Notes under the pieces: model-generated
Database searches by the model: none
The model's input: only the letters and a program-made list of their open reading frames with translations
What the model was told of the DNA's origin: nothing
Program-made: the position numbers and the translations under genes
In this document: one piece after another, positions 26,182-35,030 of the stretch
How the letters are laid out: every line of letters starts with the position of its first letter
Position numbering within the stretch: position 1 is the stretch's first letter
Source: an uncultured bacterium
GTDB taxonomy: Bacteria; Verrucomicrobiota; Verrucomicrobiia; Limisphaerales; UBA11358
DNA length: 64,000 nt
Assembly (NCBI GenBank): GCA_963723125.1
Contig: CAVRPQ010000005.1
Coordinates: forward strand, 174,717-238,716
Direction: 5' to 3'

Positions 26182-26691
26182 TTATCTTTGGTCCCCGGTT
26201 GAATACTTTTTCCAAATCAACCGGAAGGCACTTGCGAAATCTTGCGGACGCCCGGCAACCCAACGCGTAACCGCTTCCGGCGCAAGCCACTCGCCACGCT
26301 CGATTTCGCCGGGATGTAATTGAAAAGGCCCTTCCGCCTGGCAGCGATAAACCCAGACGAATTCCTGGCCTGTTTCCGCGCAAGCGTCAATCTTGAACAA
26401 ACGTTCCGGAGTTTTTGGGACAATCAATCCAATTTCCTCGTGCAACTCGCGCACCGCACAGGCATCGTAATCCTCTCCCGAATCCACGTGGCCGGACGAC
26501 GAGGAATCCCATTTGCCCGGTTCGCGGTCCTTGGTCATCGAACGTTTCTGGAGAAAAACCACGCCGCGTGAGTTGAACACCAGCACATGAATGGCGCGGT
26601 GCAGCAATCCAAGCCGATGAACTTCGCCGCGTGGCTTATGATCAATCACCTCGTCGCGCACGTTGACGACATCGAAGATTTCTTCAGCCAT
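26182..26691 (-). CDS. NUDIX hydrolase (Idi/YfcD-like)
   Basis: Nudix box GHVDSGEDYDACAVRELHEEIG, with LLHRAIH and LQKRS. Confidence 0.88.
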   Translation of the reverse strand: MAEEIFDVVNVRDEVIDHKPRGEVHRLGLLHRAIHVLVFNSRGVVFLQKRSMTKDREPGKWDSSSSGHVDSGEDYDACAVRELHEEIGLIVPKTPERLFKIDACAETGQEFVWVYRCQAEGPFQLHPGEIERGEWLAPEAVTRWVAGRPQDFASAFRLIWKKYSTGDQR

Positions 26692-26700
26692 GAAGGAGAT

Positions 26701-27030
26701 TTACGGCCAATCGTCGCCGTGTTGGAGTTGATCCAATTTCGTGGCGCGAAATGCCGCGATAAAATCCTTGATGAATTCATCCTGCGGCTTTTGCGGCAAT
26801 CTTACGCGAAGTAATTTGAATCCGGCCGGGGCTTTGCTTTTACGAACATTATTTGCAAAACCGACATCACGCGTGAAACAAACATCGAAATTCTGAAGCG
26901 CGAATCGGTAAATTTTCCCATTATCCAGTCCTTGCATCCGCAATGTGTGAACCGACTCGACCTCGTGGCCTTCGGCACGCAAGGCAGCGACGAGTTTGCG
27001 CGGAAGATTCTCGTCGAGCAGAATTTTCAC
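26701..27030 (-). CDS. DUF5615 family PIN-like putative toxin
   Basis: MKILLDENLP, GLDN and TRDVGF motifs. GTG start overlaps the DUF433 stop. Confidence 0.82.
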   Translation of the reverse strand: MKILLDENLPRKLVAALRAEGHEVESVHTLRMQGLDNGKIYRFALQNFDVCFTRDVGFANNVRKSKAPAGFKLLRVRLPQKPQDEFIKDFIAAFRATKLDQLQHGDDWP

Positions 27031-27236
27031 GCCGGTTGCAATTCTTTTTGATGCGCCAGTTCAGCCAGCGCGCCGCGCACGGATTCCTCGGTGAGGCTCG
27101 GATAAGCGTCCGCGATTTCGGCGACGGACATGCCGGCGGCGAGCGACTCCAAAATGAGCGCCACGGAAATGCGCGTGCCGCGCACACGCGGGCTTCCGCC
27201 CAAATGTTCCGTGTCGGCGACAATCCATTTCTTCAT
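27027..27236 (-). CDS. DUF433 family putative antitoxin
   Basis: GGSPRVRGTRISV...GMSVAEIADAYPSLT signature. Confidence 0.88.
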   Translation of the reverse strand: MKKWIVADTEHLGGSPRVRGTRISVALILESLAAGMSVAEIADAYPSLTEESVRGALAELAHQKELQPA

Positions 27237-27267
27237 GCAATCAAATTATTTGCTGTTGCGGAATAAA

Positions 27268-27315
27268 TCAAGCTGCGTCGCGCGCGTTGACGACATCAAA
27301 AATTTCTTCGCTCAT
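27268..27315 (-). pseudogene. Orphan duplicate of the NUDIX gene 5' end
   Basis: Encodes MSEEIFDVVNARDAA*, versus MAEEIFDVVNVRDEV at 26691 (34/40 nt identical). Has an ATGA overlap with the upstream ORF. Confidence 0.85.
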
Positions 27316-28080
27316 TTGGCAACAGTTTTTTCAATTCGCAATGTTGGCAAATAGTATTCCCACTCGGATTCATCAAACAAAATTTTTGCATCTATACTAA
27401 CAGTAGCGTATCCGCCGGGGATTTGTAATTTGTAACGAACTGTTTTCCGAAAAAATGGTGGTGAATCATCGCAAACAACACGTTTATGGCCTGTTACTTT
27501 GCCAAAATGTACTGCAACTGATGGCATTGGATGAATTTCTCTTGCTTTCGGATAAACCATTTCAGCCATAGCCGTTTCGCCCATCAGAATGTAAAGCTCA
27601 TAGTCATTGGCATCTGGATGAGCAAGCTGGGTTAGAAAACGTCTGCGTCCATAATTATAAGTCATGTCCAAAGGTGATGCGGAAAAATGCTGACGTTTCC
27701 AATTCACTATCAATGACCATTCTTCAAAATATTTTGATTTCGCTTTTGGCGGCAGTTCCATAATTATCCGCTCTTCAGGTTTTTCGGGTGGTTTGACAAA
27801 TTCTTCTGGATCCTCAATCGCAATTAAAAAACAGCCGAGAACAAAATGAAGTCTGTCATCGCGACGGCTCGAAAGATATTTTCCCAATTCTTCGAGGTCG
27901 GCGGCGAGTTTTTCTTTGGCTTCCGCTTCCGTCTTTTCTCGAATTTGCTCACGAACGAGATCGCAAAGCAGTGTTGTGTCTGTCCCTTCATCTATTTTGG
28001 ATTTTGGAATTTTGGCAAGAAATTCGCGATATGGTTCCAAATATCGTAGAACGTTCTGGCAAAGGCTCTGGTTTGGCCAT
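27312..28080 (-). CDS. AT-rich hypothetical protein, probably with a 1-nt frameshift near its start
   Basis: 242-aa ORF from TTG 28040. Removing one base at 28050-28051 joins ATG 28080 to give MAKPEPLPERLRYLEPYREF. Two sampled 60-nt lines are 33% and 43% GC. No motif recognised. Confidence 0.6.
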
Positions 28081-28092
28081 AAGTTTTTAGCC

Positions 28093-28932
28093 TTAATTGC
28101 AAAGTGATTTTGTCAATTCAACAAACCGTTCCAAGCTCAATTTCTCCGCGCGTTCCTGTGGCAGAATTTTCAATTGGCTGAACGCCCGTTCCAGTTTTTC
28201 AACCGGCCAATCTTCGCGCAGCAATTTTAGCATCATCTTCCGCCGTTGAGAAAAGGCGCTTTTGACGATTTTTTTGCAAGTCTCGCGCTGGTTTTCCAGC
28301 AAAAGCGGCGCGGCGCGGCGATTCAGAACCACGCAGGCCGAATCCACGTCCGGTTCCGGGAAAAAACAGCTTTTCGGAATTTTGAAGGAATCGTGCGGTT
28401 CGTAATCGAGCTGCACGAGTAAAGTCAGCACGCCGTAATTCGCGTCACCGGCTTTGGCCATGAGCCGTTGTGCCACTTCCTGTTGGAGCGTCACCACGAT
28501 TTTCTTTGGCGCACGCGCGCCCCGGGCCAGTTCCACCAGAATTGGCGACGCCACGGAATACGGCAGGTTGGCCACCAGTTTCCAATTACTCCAATCCCGT
28601 AGCTCGCGTTTGAGAAATTCCAGCGCATCAGCGTGGAGCAAACTGAATTGCGGATTGCGGATTGCGGAATGCGGATTGAACTGCTCGCGCAAGAATTCCA
28701 CAAGCCGGGCATCTTTCTCAATGGCCAGAACTTCGCCCGCATTTTCCAGAAGCCACTCCGTCAACGGCCCCAACCCTGGCCCGATTTCGAGGATTTTATC
28801 GGTCTTTGACAACTCAGCTGCCTCAACGATGCGCCGCAGTTGGTTGCCGTCGTGCAGAAAATTCTGGCCGAGGGATTTCGTCAATTGAATCCCGCGCGCC
28901 GCCAGCAACTCCCGCATTTCGGACAGTTTCAA
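28093..28932 (-). CDS. rsmA: 16S rRNA m6,2A1518/1519 dimethyltransferase
   Basis: KSLGQNFL, LEIGPGLG, ANLPY, FFPEPDVDS and FSQRRKM motifs. Confidence 0.95.
   Translation of the reverse strand: MKLSEMRELLAARGIQLTKSLGQNFLHDGNQLRRIVEAAELSKTDKILEIGPGLGPLTEWLLENAGEVLAIEKDARLVEFLREQFNPHSAIRNPQFSLLHADALEFLKRELRDWSNWKLVANLPYSVASPILVELARGARAPKKIVVTLQQEVAQRLMAKAGDANYGVLTLLVQLDYEPHDSFKIPKSCFFPEPDVDSACVVLNRRAAPLLLENQRETCKKIVKSAFSQRRKMMLKLLREDWPVEKLERAFSQLKILPQERAEKLSLERFVELTKSLCN
28647..28678 (-). repeat. Tandem heptamer array (plus strand ATTGCGG x3, AATGCGG) in frame in rsmA
   Basis: Encodes NPHSAIRNPQF. Same unit as the aguA array. Confidence 0.88.
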
Positions 28933-28943
28933 CGAGAAAATTA

Positions 28944-29009
28944 GACACGGATTTCACGAATTAACACAGATTAAAAATTGCATCCGTGAAAATCCATGTA
29001 ATCCGTGTC
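28944..29009. repeat. Inverted pair of ~9-mer (CACGGAT-type) arrays
   Basis: GACACGGATTTCACGAATTAACACAGAT ... ATCCGTGAAAATCCATGTAATCCGTGTC. Confidence 0.75.
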
Positions 29010-29021
29010 AAAAGTCTATAT

Positions 29022-30386
29022 TCATTCGGACTTGAGAATTTCGGCGAGCGCGGAGTTGGTCTTTGTCAGTTGCGCCCTTGTAATGGTCAACGGCGGGGTG
29101 AAGCTAATGACGTTGGCGTGCTCGCCTTCGGGCAAGAGAATGAAACCCCGCCGCAACATCTTTTTGATGACCCGCATCGCAATATCGGTCGCTGGTTTGC
29201 CGTCGGGCAATTGCAATTTGACGCCGACCATCAAGCCCAAACCACGAATAGAAGTGCGGAGTGTAGAGTGCGGAATGCGGAGTGAACCCAGCGCGTCCAG
29301 CAGAAATTCACCGAGTTCGGCGCTTCGTTGGCAAAGGTTACGCCGCCGAATTTCCTCGATTTGCGCCAGCGCCATCGCGCAGCCGACCGGGTTCCCCAGA
29401 AACGTGCTGGTATGAATCGCCTCACCGCGTGACTTCGGCCAGGCGGCGTCCATAAGGTCTGCGCGCCCGACGCACGCAGACAACGGAAAACCGCCGGTCA
29501 ATGCCTTGCCAATGCAGATGAGGTCGGGCACAACGCTGCTGTGCTCGCAGGCAAACCATTTTCCGGTACGACCAAACCCCGTGTAGATTTCGTCCAGAAT
29601 CAACAGCGCGCCGTGTTGGTCGCAAAGTTTGCGGACCATCGGCAAAAATTCCGGCGGCGGGACATTAATACCGCCCCGCGCCTGCACCGGCTCGACAAGA
29701 ATGGCGCCGATGCGTTCCCGACGAAAAAGCCGGCGGATCGCCCATTCAACGGCGGAGATTTCATTTATCGCCACTGGAAAAGGCACAAAATGTCCAAATT
29801 CGCGAAGTTGGTAATGGAACGGGCCCCGGAAAAAATCGCGGTGCGTGACGTTGAGCGCGCCGTAGCCGAGCCCGTGATAAGCGCCGGAAAAGGCGATGAC
29901 CCCTTGTTTGCCCGTGGCCAGCATGGCGGTTTTAAGCGCGGATTCGACGGCTTCGAAGCCGGAATTGGAGAAAATTACCTTTCCGTAGGGACGAGCGATA
30001 CGAGTCCCTGATTTCACAGGAGGCACCGGTTTGAGGGACTCGTGGAGACCGCCCCTCCGGGAATTGGCCCAACGTTCAAAGGTGAGGCGGCTTAATTCGC
30101 GCGCGAGTTCGGCCTTGCGCGCATGGGGATGTACGTCACCCATCGCATGGGGCAGCCGGGCCAGTTGTCTCTGCCCGGCGTTTACCACGCGCAGGTTGGC
30201 ATGGCCGGCGGCGGCCACGCCAAACGCCGCCGTCAGATCCAGATACTTTTTCCCGTTGGCATCCCAGACGTGTACGTCCCTTGCACGATCCCAAACAATC
30301 GGCCACGAACCGTCCTTTTCGACAAAGAGAACATTTCGCGACTCAAAATCCCGGAGCAATCGAAGAATCTGTTTTGTTTCGGCCAC
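29022..30386 (-). CDS. Class III PLP aminotransferase (GabT/ArgD-like)
   Basis: WDANGKKYLD, NSGFEAVESALK, AYHG, EPVQARGG, DEIYTGFGRTG, GKALTGG and STFLGNP motifs. Substrate not determinable. Confidence 0.88.
   Translation of the reverse strand: MAETKQILRLLRDFESRNVLFVEKDGSWPIVWDRARDVHVWDANGKKYLDLTAAFGVAAAGHANLRVVNAGQRQLARLPHAMGDVHPHARKAELARELSRLTFERWANSRRGGLHESLKPVPPVKSGTRIARPYGKVIFSNSGFEAVESALKTAMLATGKQGVIAFSGAYHGLGYGALNVTHRDFFRGPFHYQLREFGHFVPFPVAINEISAVEWAIRRLFRRERIGAILVEPVQARGGINVPPPEFLPMVRKLCDQHGALLILDEIYTGFGRTGKWFACEHSSVVPDLICIGKALTGGFPLSACVGRADLMDAAWPKSRGEAIHTSTFLGNPVGCAMALAQIEEIRRRNLCQRSAELGEFLLDALGSLRIPHSTLRTSIRGLGLMVGVKLQLPDGKPATDIAMRVIKKMLRRGFILLPEGEHANVISFTPPLTITRAQLTKTNSALAEILKSE
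29985..30058. repeat. Degenerate GTAG/GGAG-type REP doublet in frame in the aminotransferase
   Basis: GTAGGGACGAGCGATACGAGTCCCT ... AGGGACTCGTGGAGACCGCCCCTCC. Translated as RRGGLHESLKPVPPVKSGTRIARPY. Confidence 0.72.
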
Positions 30387-30472
30387 AATTTACAATTGAC
30401 GATTGACGATTGACGCGCGCTCGAACATTTCCAATGCAATCGTAAATCGCAAGCCGTAAATCGTAAATCGCT
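30387..30472. repeat. Inverted pair of heptamer arrays filling the queE-aminotransferase spacer
   Basis: AATTTAC AATTGAC GATTGAC GATTGAC (30387-30414) faces AATCGTA AATCGCA AGCCGTA AATCGTA AATCGCT (30438-30472). Confidence 0.82.
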
Positions 30473-31211
30473 AAACGCCGCGTTGTTCCGGCGGCCAGAT
30501 GATTTTGTGCAGTTGGGCCTGAAACCGGACCGGCAGCGCATCGGCAATGATTTTTTCCGCCAGCTCGCGGCGTGAAATCGGCATCTGTCCGGCCGGAACC
30601 TTTTTCAACGATTGGTCCCGCTGTTCCGGCGACAGCGGATGCACCCATGAAACCAGCAAGGGACAAATTGCGGCGAGTTTGTGTTCGGCAATCGTTTTCC
30701 TCGTCCAATCATAATCCTGTTGCGTGCCGATGACGAATTTGATTTCGTCGGTGGCTTTCAGGTGCTTGAGATTTTTCCAGCGGTTGCGTTCCCCTTCGCC
30801 GCTGCTCGGGCATTTCAAATCCATGATGCGATGGACGCGCGGGTCCACCGGTGAAATATCGTGGGCACCGCTGGTTTCCAGCAACACCGTGAAGCCGTCG
30901 TCACAAAGTAATTTCATGAGCGACAAACAATCTTTTTGGAGCAACGGTTCGCCACCGGTCAATTCGACCAAAGGCAGTGACGAGTGACGGCCGAGTGACG
31001 AGTCTTTGAATGGCGCAGCCAATTCGCGTATTTTAGCCAGGATTGCCTCCAGCGATATTTTTTGGCCTTCGGCAAAGGCGTAGGCGGTGTCGCAATAGGA
31101 GCAGCGCAAGTTGCAGGCGGTGAGGCGGATGAAAATGCACGGCCAGCCGGCAAAGGCGCTCTCGCCCTGCAAGCTCAAATAAATTTCGTTGATGACGAGC
31201 GTATCGGACAT
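30471..31211 (-). CDS. queE: 7-carboxy-7-deazaguanine synthase (radical SAM)
   Basis: EIYLSLQGES, CNLRCSYCDT, TGGEP, ETSG, DLKCPSSG and QLHK motifs. Confidence 0.92.
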   Translation of the reverse strand: MSDTLVINEIYLSLQGESAFAGWPCIFIRLTACNLRCSYCDTAYAFAEGQKISLEAILAKIRELAAPFKDSSLGRHSSLPLVELTGGEPLLQKDCLSLMKLLCDDGFTVLLETSGAHDISPVDPRVHRIMDLKCPSSGEGERNRWKNLKHLKATDEIKFVIGTQQDYDWTRKTIAEHKLAAICPLLVSWVHPLSPEQRDQSLKKVPAGQMPISRRELAEKIIADALPVRFQAQLHKIIWPPEQRGV

Positions 31212-31332
31212 CGTCAGGCAGTGTAATGTTTTGGCTTAAAAAAGGAAGCAAAGGCCGCTGTCCACCTGGGAAAACGAGAGAAAAAGCTCGCCTTTTGAGC
31301 ATGAAATTTGCTCTAATTACCGCGAATTACTG

Positions 31333-32955
31333 ATGAAAACAACCCGTTGTTTGCGGCTGTTGCGGTTTCTGGCGATTCTTTTGGGAGGATGTCAAATAGG
31401 TTCAACTGCGCAGGCGCAGCAACTTAATGCCATCGGTGTGACATTGCTGCGAAGTGTGGTCACCAACGCGGATGGCACGGGCATTCGCGTCGCGCAACCC
31501 GAAGCGCAGGGCACAAACATCCCTCCCGACTTTGAAGTCAATCCGGCGAACAGTTCGGTACAGCAGCCGGTCAGCCTCTTTCTTTACATCAACACCAATG
31601 GCACCGCCAATTTTTTTCCCAACAGCCTGGGTACGGAGTCGGGTCATGCGGACACCGTGGCCTCTTATTTTTACGGGTTGCCGGGCGGGGTGGCCACCAA
31701 TGTTGTGCACGTGGACAATTACAATGCGGATTATTTTTACGATAGCATCATTGCCGCGGCGTCTCCGACGAACATCAACGATCCGGTTGTCAATCAAAGT
31801 TTCATTTTTGGTTACGTTCCCGGTCAAGTGACTGTTTCCGAGCAGCAGCAGCTTGATTCGCAATTTGATGACTATGCGGCACAATACAATACGCTTTTTA
31901 TCTCCGGCGCAGGCAATGGCGGGCCTGGCAGTGGCTCGGTGGCTCCACCCTCGACGTGTTACAATGGCATTTCGGTCGGTGCTTATGGCTATCCTTATTC
32001 GAGCGTCGGCCCGACCGAGGACAATGGCCGGGCCAAGCCGGACATCACCGCGCCGGCAGACGCTACGAGTTTTTCCACACCTCAAGTAACCGGCGCGGCG
32101 GCGGTGCTGATGCAGACGGGTCTGCGCGGCGACGGCGGCAGCAATACCAATTCCGCCTCGGACATGCGCACGACCAAGGCTTTATTGCTCAATGGGGCTG
32201 TGAAACCTGCCGACTGGACAAATAATCCGCCATCGCCACTCGACCCGCGTTACGGCGCCGGCATTTTGAATGTCTTCAATTCCTATGAACAACTCGCCGG
32301 CGGCCAGCACGGCTATATCGCCGCTACCAGCGTTCCTTCCGGCGGTGCGCACCCACCGAATGGCGCACCCGGCACCATTGGCGCTTTGAGCGGCTGGGAT
32401 TTTAACACCAACACCAGCGGCACCAGTTCCGACGAAATAAACCACTATTATTTCAACGTCACCAATGGTTTCGGCAACGCCACGTTTGCCGCCACGGCTA
32501 CGCTTGTCTGGAATCGCCAGCAGGGGCAGACCGACATCAACAATCTTAACTTGTTTTTGTATAACGCCGCCAACAGCAATCTCGTCACATCCAGCACCAG
32601 CCTGGTGGACAACGTGGAACACATCTTTGTGTCGCAACTGGCGCCGGGCCGTTATGACTTGCAGGTCTGGAAGGCGGGCGGAATTCCCAGAGCAGGCATC
32701 GTCAGCTCTTCTGAAACGTATGCCGTGGCATGGGAATTTTCCTCAACGTTGCTGAATGCTGCGTCCTCCGGCGCCAACCTGGTGCTTACCTGGCCGATTT
32801 ATCCGGATGGTTTTGTGCTGGCATCGGCGACCAATCTGGCTGCACCAATCATTTGGAGCACAAATAATCCGGCGCCGGTGGTGACGAACAATTTGGACCA
32901 GGTTCTGGTCAGCGCAACCAACGCCGGCCAGTTTTTCCGCCTGCAGCCGCCATAA
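31333..32955 (+). CDS. Secreted S8 (subtilase) family serine peptidase
   Basis: Signal peptide, SGHAD (His), GAGN oxyanion Asn, KPDITAP and ATSFSTPQV (Ser). Glu (VAQPEA) sits at the catalytic Asp position. The C-terminal domain ends FFRLQPP. Confidence 0.8.
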   Translation: MKTTRCLRLLRFLAILLGGCQIGSTAQAQQLNAIGVTLLRSVVTNADGTGIRVAQPEAQGTNIPPDFEVNPANSSVQQPVSLFLYINTNGTANFFPNSLGTESGHADTVASYFYGLPGGVATNVVHVDNYNADYFYDSIIAAASPTNINDPVVNQSFIFGYVPGQVTVSEQQQLDSQFDDYAAQYNTLFISGAGNGGPGSGSVAPPSTCYNGISVGAYGYPYSSVGPTEDNGRAKPDITAPADATSFSTPQVTGAAAVLMQTGLRGDGGSNTNSASDMRTTKALLLNGAVKPADWTNNPPSPLDPRYGAGILNVFNSYEQLAGGQHGYIAATSVPSGGAHPPNGAPGTIGALSGWDFNTNTSGTSSDEINHYYFNVTNGFGNATFAATATLVWNRQQGQTDINNLNLFLYNAANSNLVTSSTSLVDNVEHIFVSQLAPGRYDLQVWKAGGIPRAGIVSSSETYAVAWEFSSTLLNAASSGANLVLTWPIYPDGFVLASATNLAAPIIWSTNNPAPVVTNNLDQVLVSATNAGQFFRLQPP

Positions 32956-33777
32956 GTCAAGCCCGCACCCGGTCCAGCCTGGTCTGGCTCGAAATTGTCC
33001 CGAAGCAACGCTTTGGACTCCGTCGCAAATGGAGGTATTGTTTGCCGGATATTTTTGGCAGCATCAAGGACATGAGTCATTCATTGAAAGGGAAAGTCGC
33101 GTTGGTCACCGGCGCTTCACGCGGAATTGGGCGGGCGATTGCCGAACACCTTGGCCGGGAGGGAGCGGCGGTTGCCGTCAATTATGCCAGCAACGCCGGC
33201 GAAGCGCGAAAGGTTGTGACCCAAATCGAAGCTTCCGGCGCAAAGGCGTTTTTCATTCGGGCCAACGTCGGACGCGTGTCGGAAATTGTCCGGTTGTTTG
33301 ACGAAACCATCGCCCGGTTCGGCAAGCTCGATATTTTGGTAAACAACGCCGGCATCATGCCCGTCAAGCCGGTCAGCGCCGTCACGGAAGCCGAGTTCGA
33401 TCGCATCTTCGCCGTAAACGTCAAGGGCACGTTTTTCGCGTGTCAGCAGGCGGCAATGCGGTTGGCCGACGGCGGGCGCATTATCAACATGTCCAGCTCA
33501 ACGACGGCGAGGATGATGCCGACCTACGGTGCGTATGTCGCCACCAAGGGCGCGGTGGAACAACTGACACGTTCCCTGGCCCGGGAACTGGGGCCGCGCC
33601 GCATCACGGTCAACGTCATTTCACCCGGCCCGACAGAAACGGAGTTGTTCACAAACGGCAAGACACCGGAACAAATCCAACAGTTTGCGCAAGCGTCCGC
33701 CTTTGGCCGGCTTGGCCAGCCGATGGAAATCGCAGAAGTTGTCGCGTTTTTGGCAAGCGAAGCTGCCGGTTGGGTCA

Positions 33778-34915
33778 TACAAATTTCAGTTTGATATTGC
33801 ACTATTCTGGGGATGCGGGTAAAAAAGGACATGCCGAAACGATACCATCTGAACCGGCCTGATCTGGCACAGGCTGTGGCCGTTGAATTGCGGACTTGCC
33901 AGGATGTCAAAAGCCAGCAGCGCCTGTTGGCCGCACGCTTGGCCGCCAGCGGGCAGTTGACCGCCGCGCAGATTGCCGGGCAGTTGGGCATCAGCCGCCG
34001 CCGGTTTTTCGACTGGATGAACGCGCTCAAGGCGGGCGGGCTGGCCGGACTGCTGGAGCGTCAGCACGGTGGCGGGGCCGTGCCGCAAGTGCAAGGCGAC
34101 GCGCTCAAAGAACTACAGGCCGGACTGCAATCGGGTCGGTGGAAGCGGGCCAAGGAGATTCAGCACTGGCTGCGGGAGCGGCATATGATCCGCCTCAAGC
34201 TGGCCGGGGTGTATTACTGGCTGGGAAAATTGGGCGGGGTCTTGAAAGTACCGCGCAAGACCCACGCGCAAAAAGACGCGGTTCAGGTCGAAACCTTCCA
34301 GCGAACGCTCTGCGAACAGTTGGCGAACTTGAACGTGGCTGGTGGAAGGCCGGTGCGCCTGTGGGTGGCCGATGAACATCGTTACGGCTTGATCCCGGTG
34401 GTGCGCAAATGCTGGACGCTGCGAGGGGTGCGTCCGACGGTGCCATATCGAACGAAATATGAATGGGGTTACCTCTATTCGGCCTTGGAAGTGGACGGGG
34501 AAAATGCGGCGGAGTTTTTGTGTTTGCCGGAAGTGAGCTTGGAGATGAGCGGTTTGTTTCTGGCACATCTGGCGGCGAGCGACCCCGACGCCGAACACAT
34601 TGTCATCTGGGATCAAGCGGGATTTCACCCCAAACCTGAATTGCATGCCGTGCCGGAGCATGTGCATTTGGTGCCGTTGCCGCCCTATAGTCCGGAACTG
34701 AATCCGACGGAGGCCGTCGGCGATGTGATCAAAGATCGGATTGGCAATGAGCTATGGGAGAATCTCGACGACCTGGAGCAAGCCATCGGCGAGGAACTGC
34801 GCCCGCTTTGTGAAAAAGCTGAATGCGTGCGGAGGTTAGTCTCTCACCCCTGGCTGGTCGAACAAGCAAACGCTACCGCAACCGAGAATAGTGCAATTAC
34901 GTGCTCAAAGTGGTA
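33778..34915 (+). mobile_element. IS630-family insertion sequence, 1138 bp
   Basis: Imperfect 31-bp inverted repeats (23/31 identical, perfect inner ATTGCACTATTCT). TCA duplicated at 33775-33777 and 34916-34918. Excision restores the SDR reading frame. Confidence 0.88.
33831..34915 (+). CDS. IS630 transposase with no stop codon inside the element
   Basis: N-terminal HTH, VPRKTH, ADEHRYG, WDQAGFH and LPPYSPELNPTE DDE motifs. AAGGA RBS before ATG 33831. Confidence 0.9.
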
Positions 34916-35030
34916 TCACAGGCCAGAACATTCGTGTGAACGGCGGAATTGCCTGAGGCGCCGGCACCAAACTGCGCATTGCCATCCGTGCGGGAAAGGA
35001 CAAATATGTCACCCGTCAATTTCACAATTC

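Larger units (their letters stand above)
33072..34956 (+). pseudogene. SDR family oxidoreductase with its 3' end split off by IS630
   Basis: [12 protein letters not shown] and YVATK motifs. ...AAGWV continues after the IS as TGQNIRVNGGIA* (stop 34954-34956). The current product ends IQISV* at 33794. Confidence 0.88.

Noticed and set aside
22415-32955. AAA ATPase plus S8 protease as an IetAS-type toxin-antitoxin or defence pair
   Set aside because: The genes are 7 kb apart on opposite strands, and the protease has a signal peptide.
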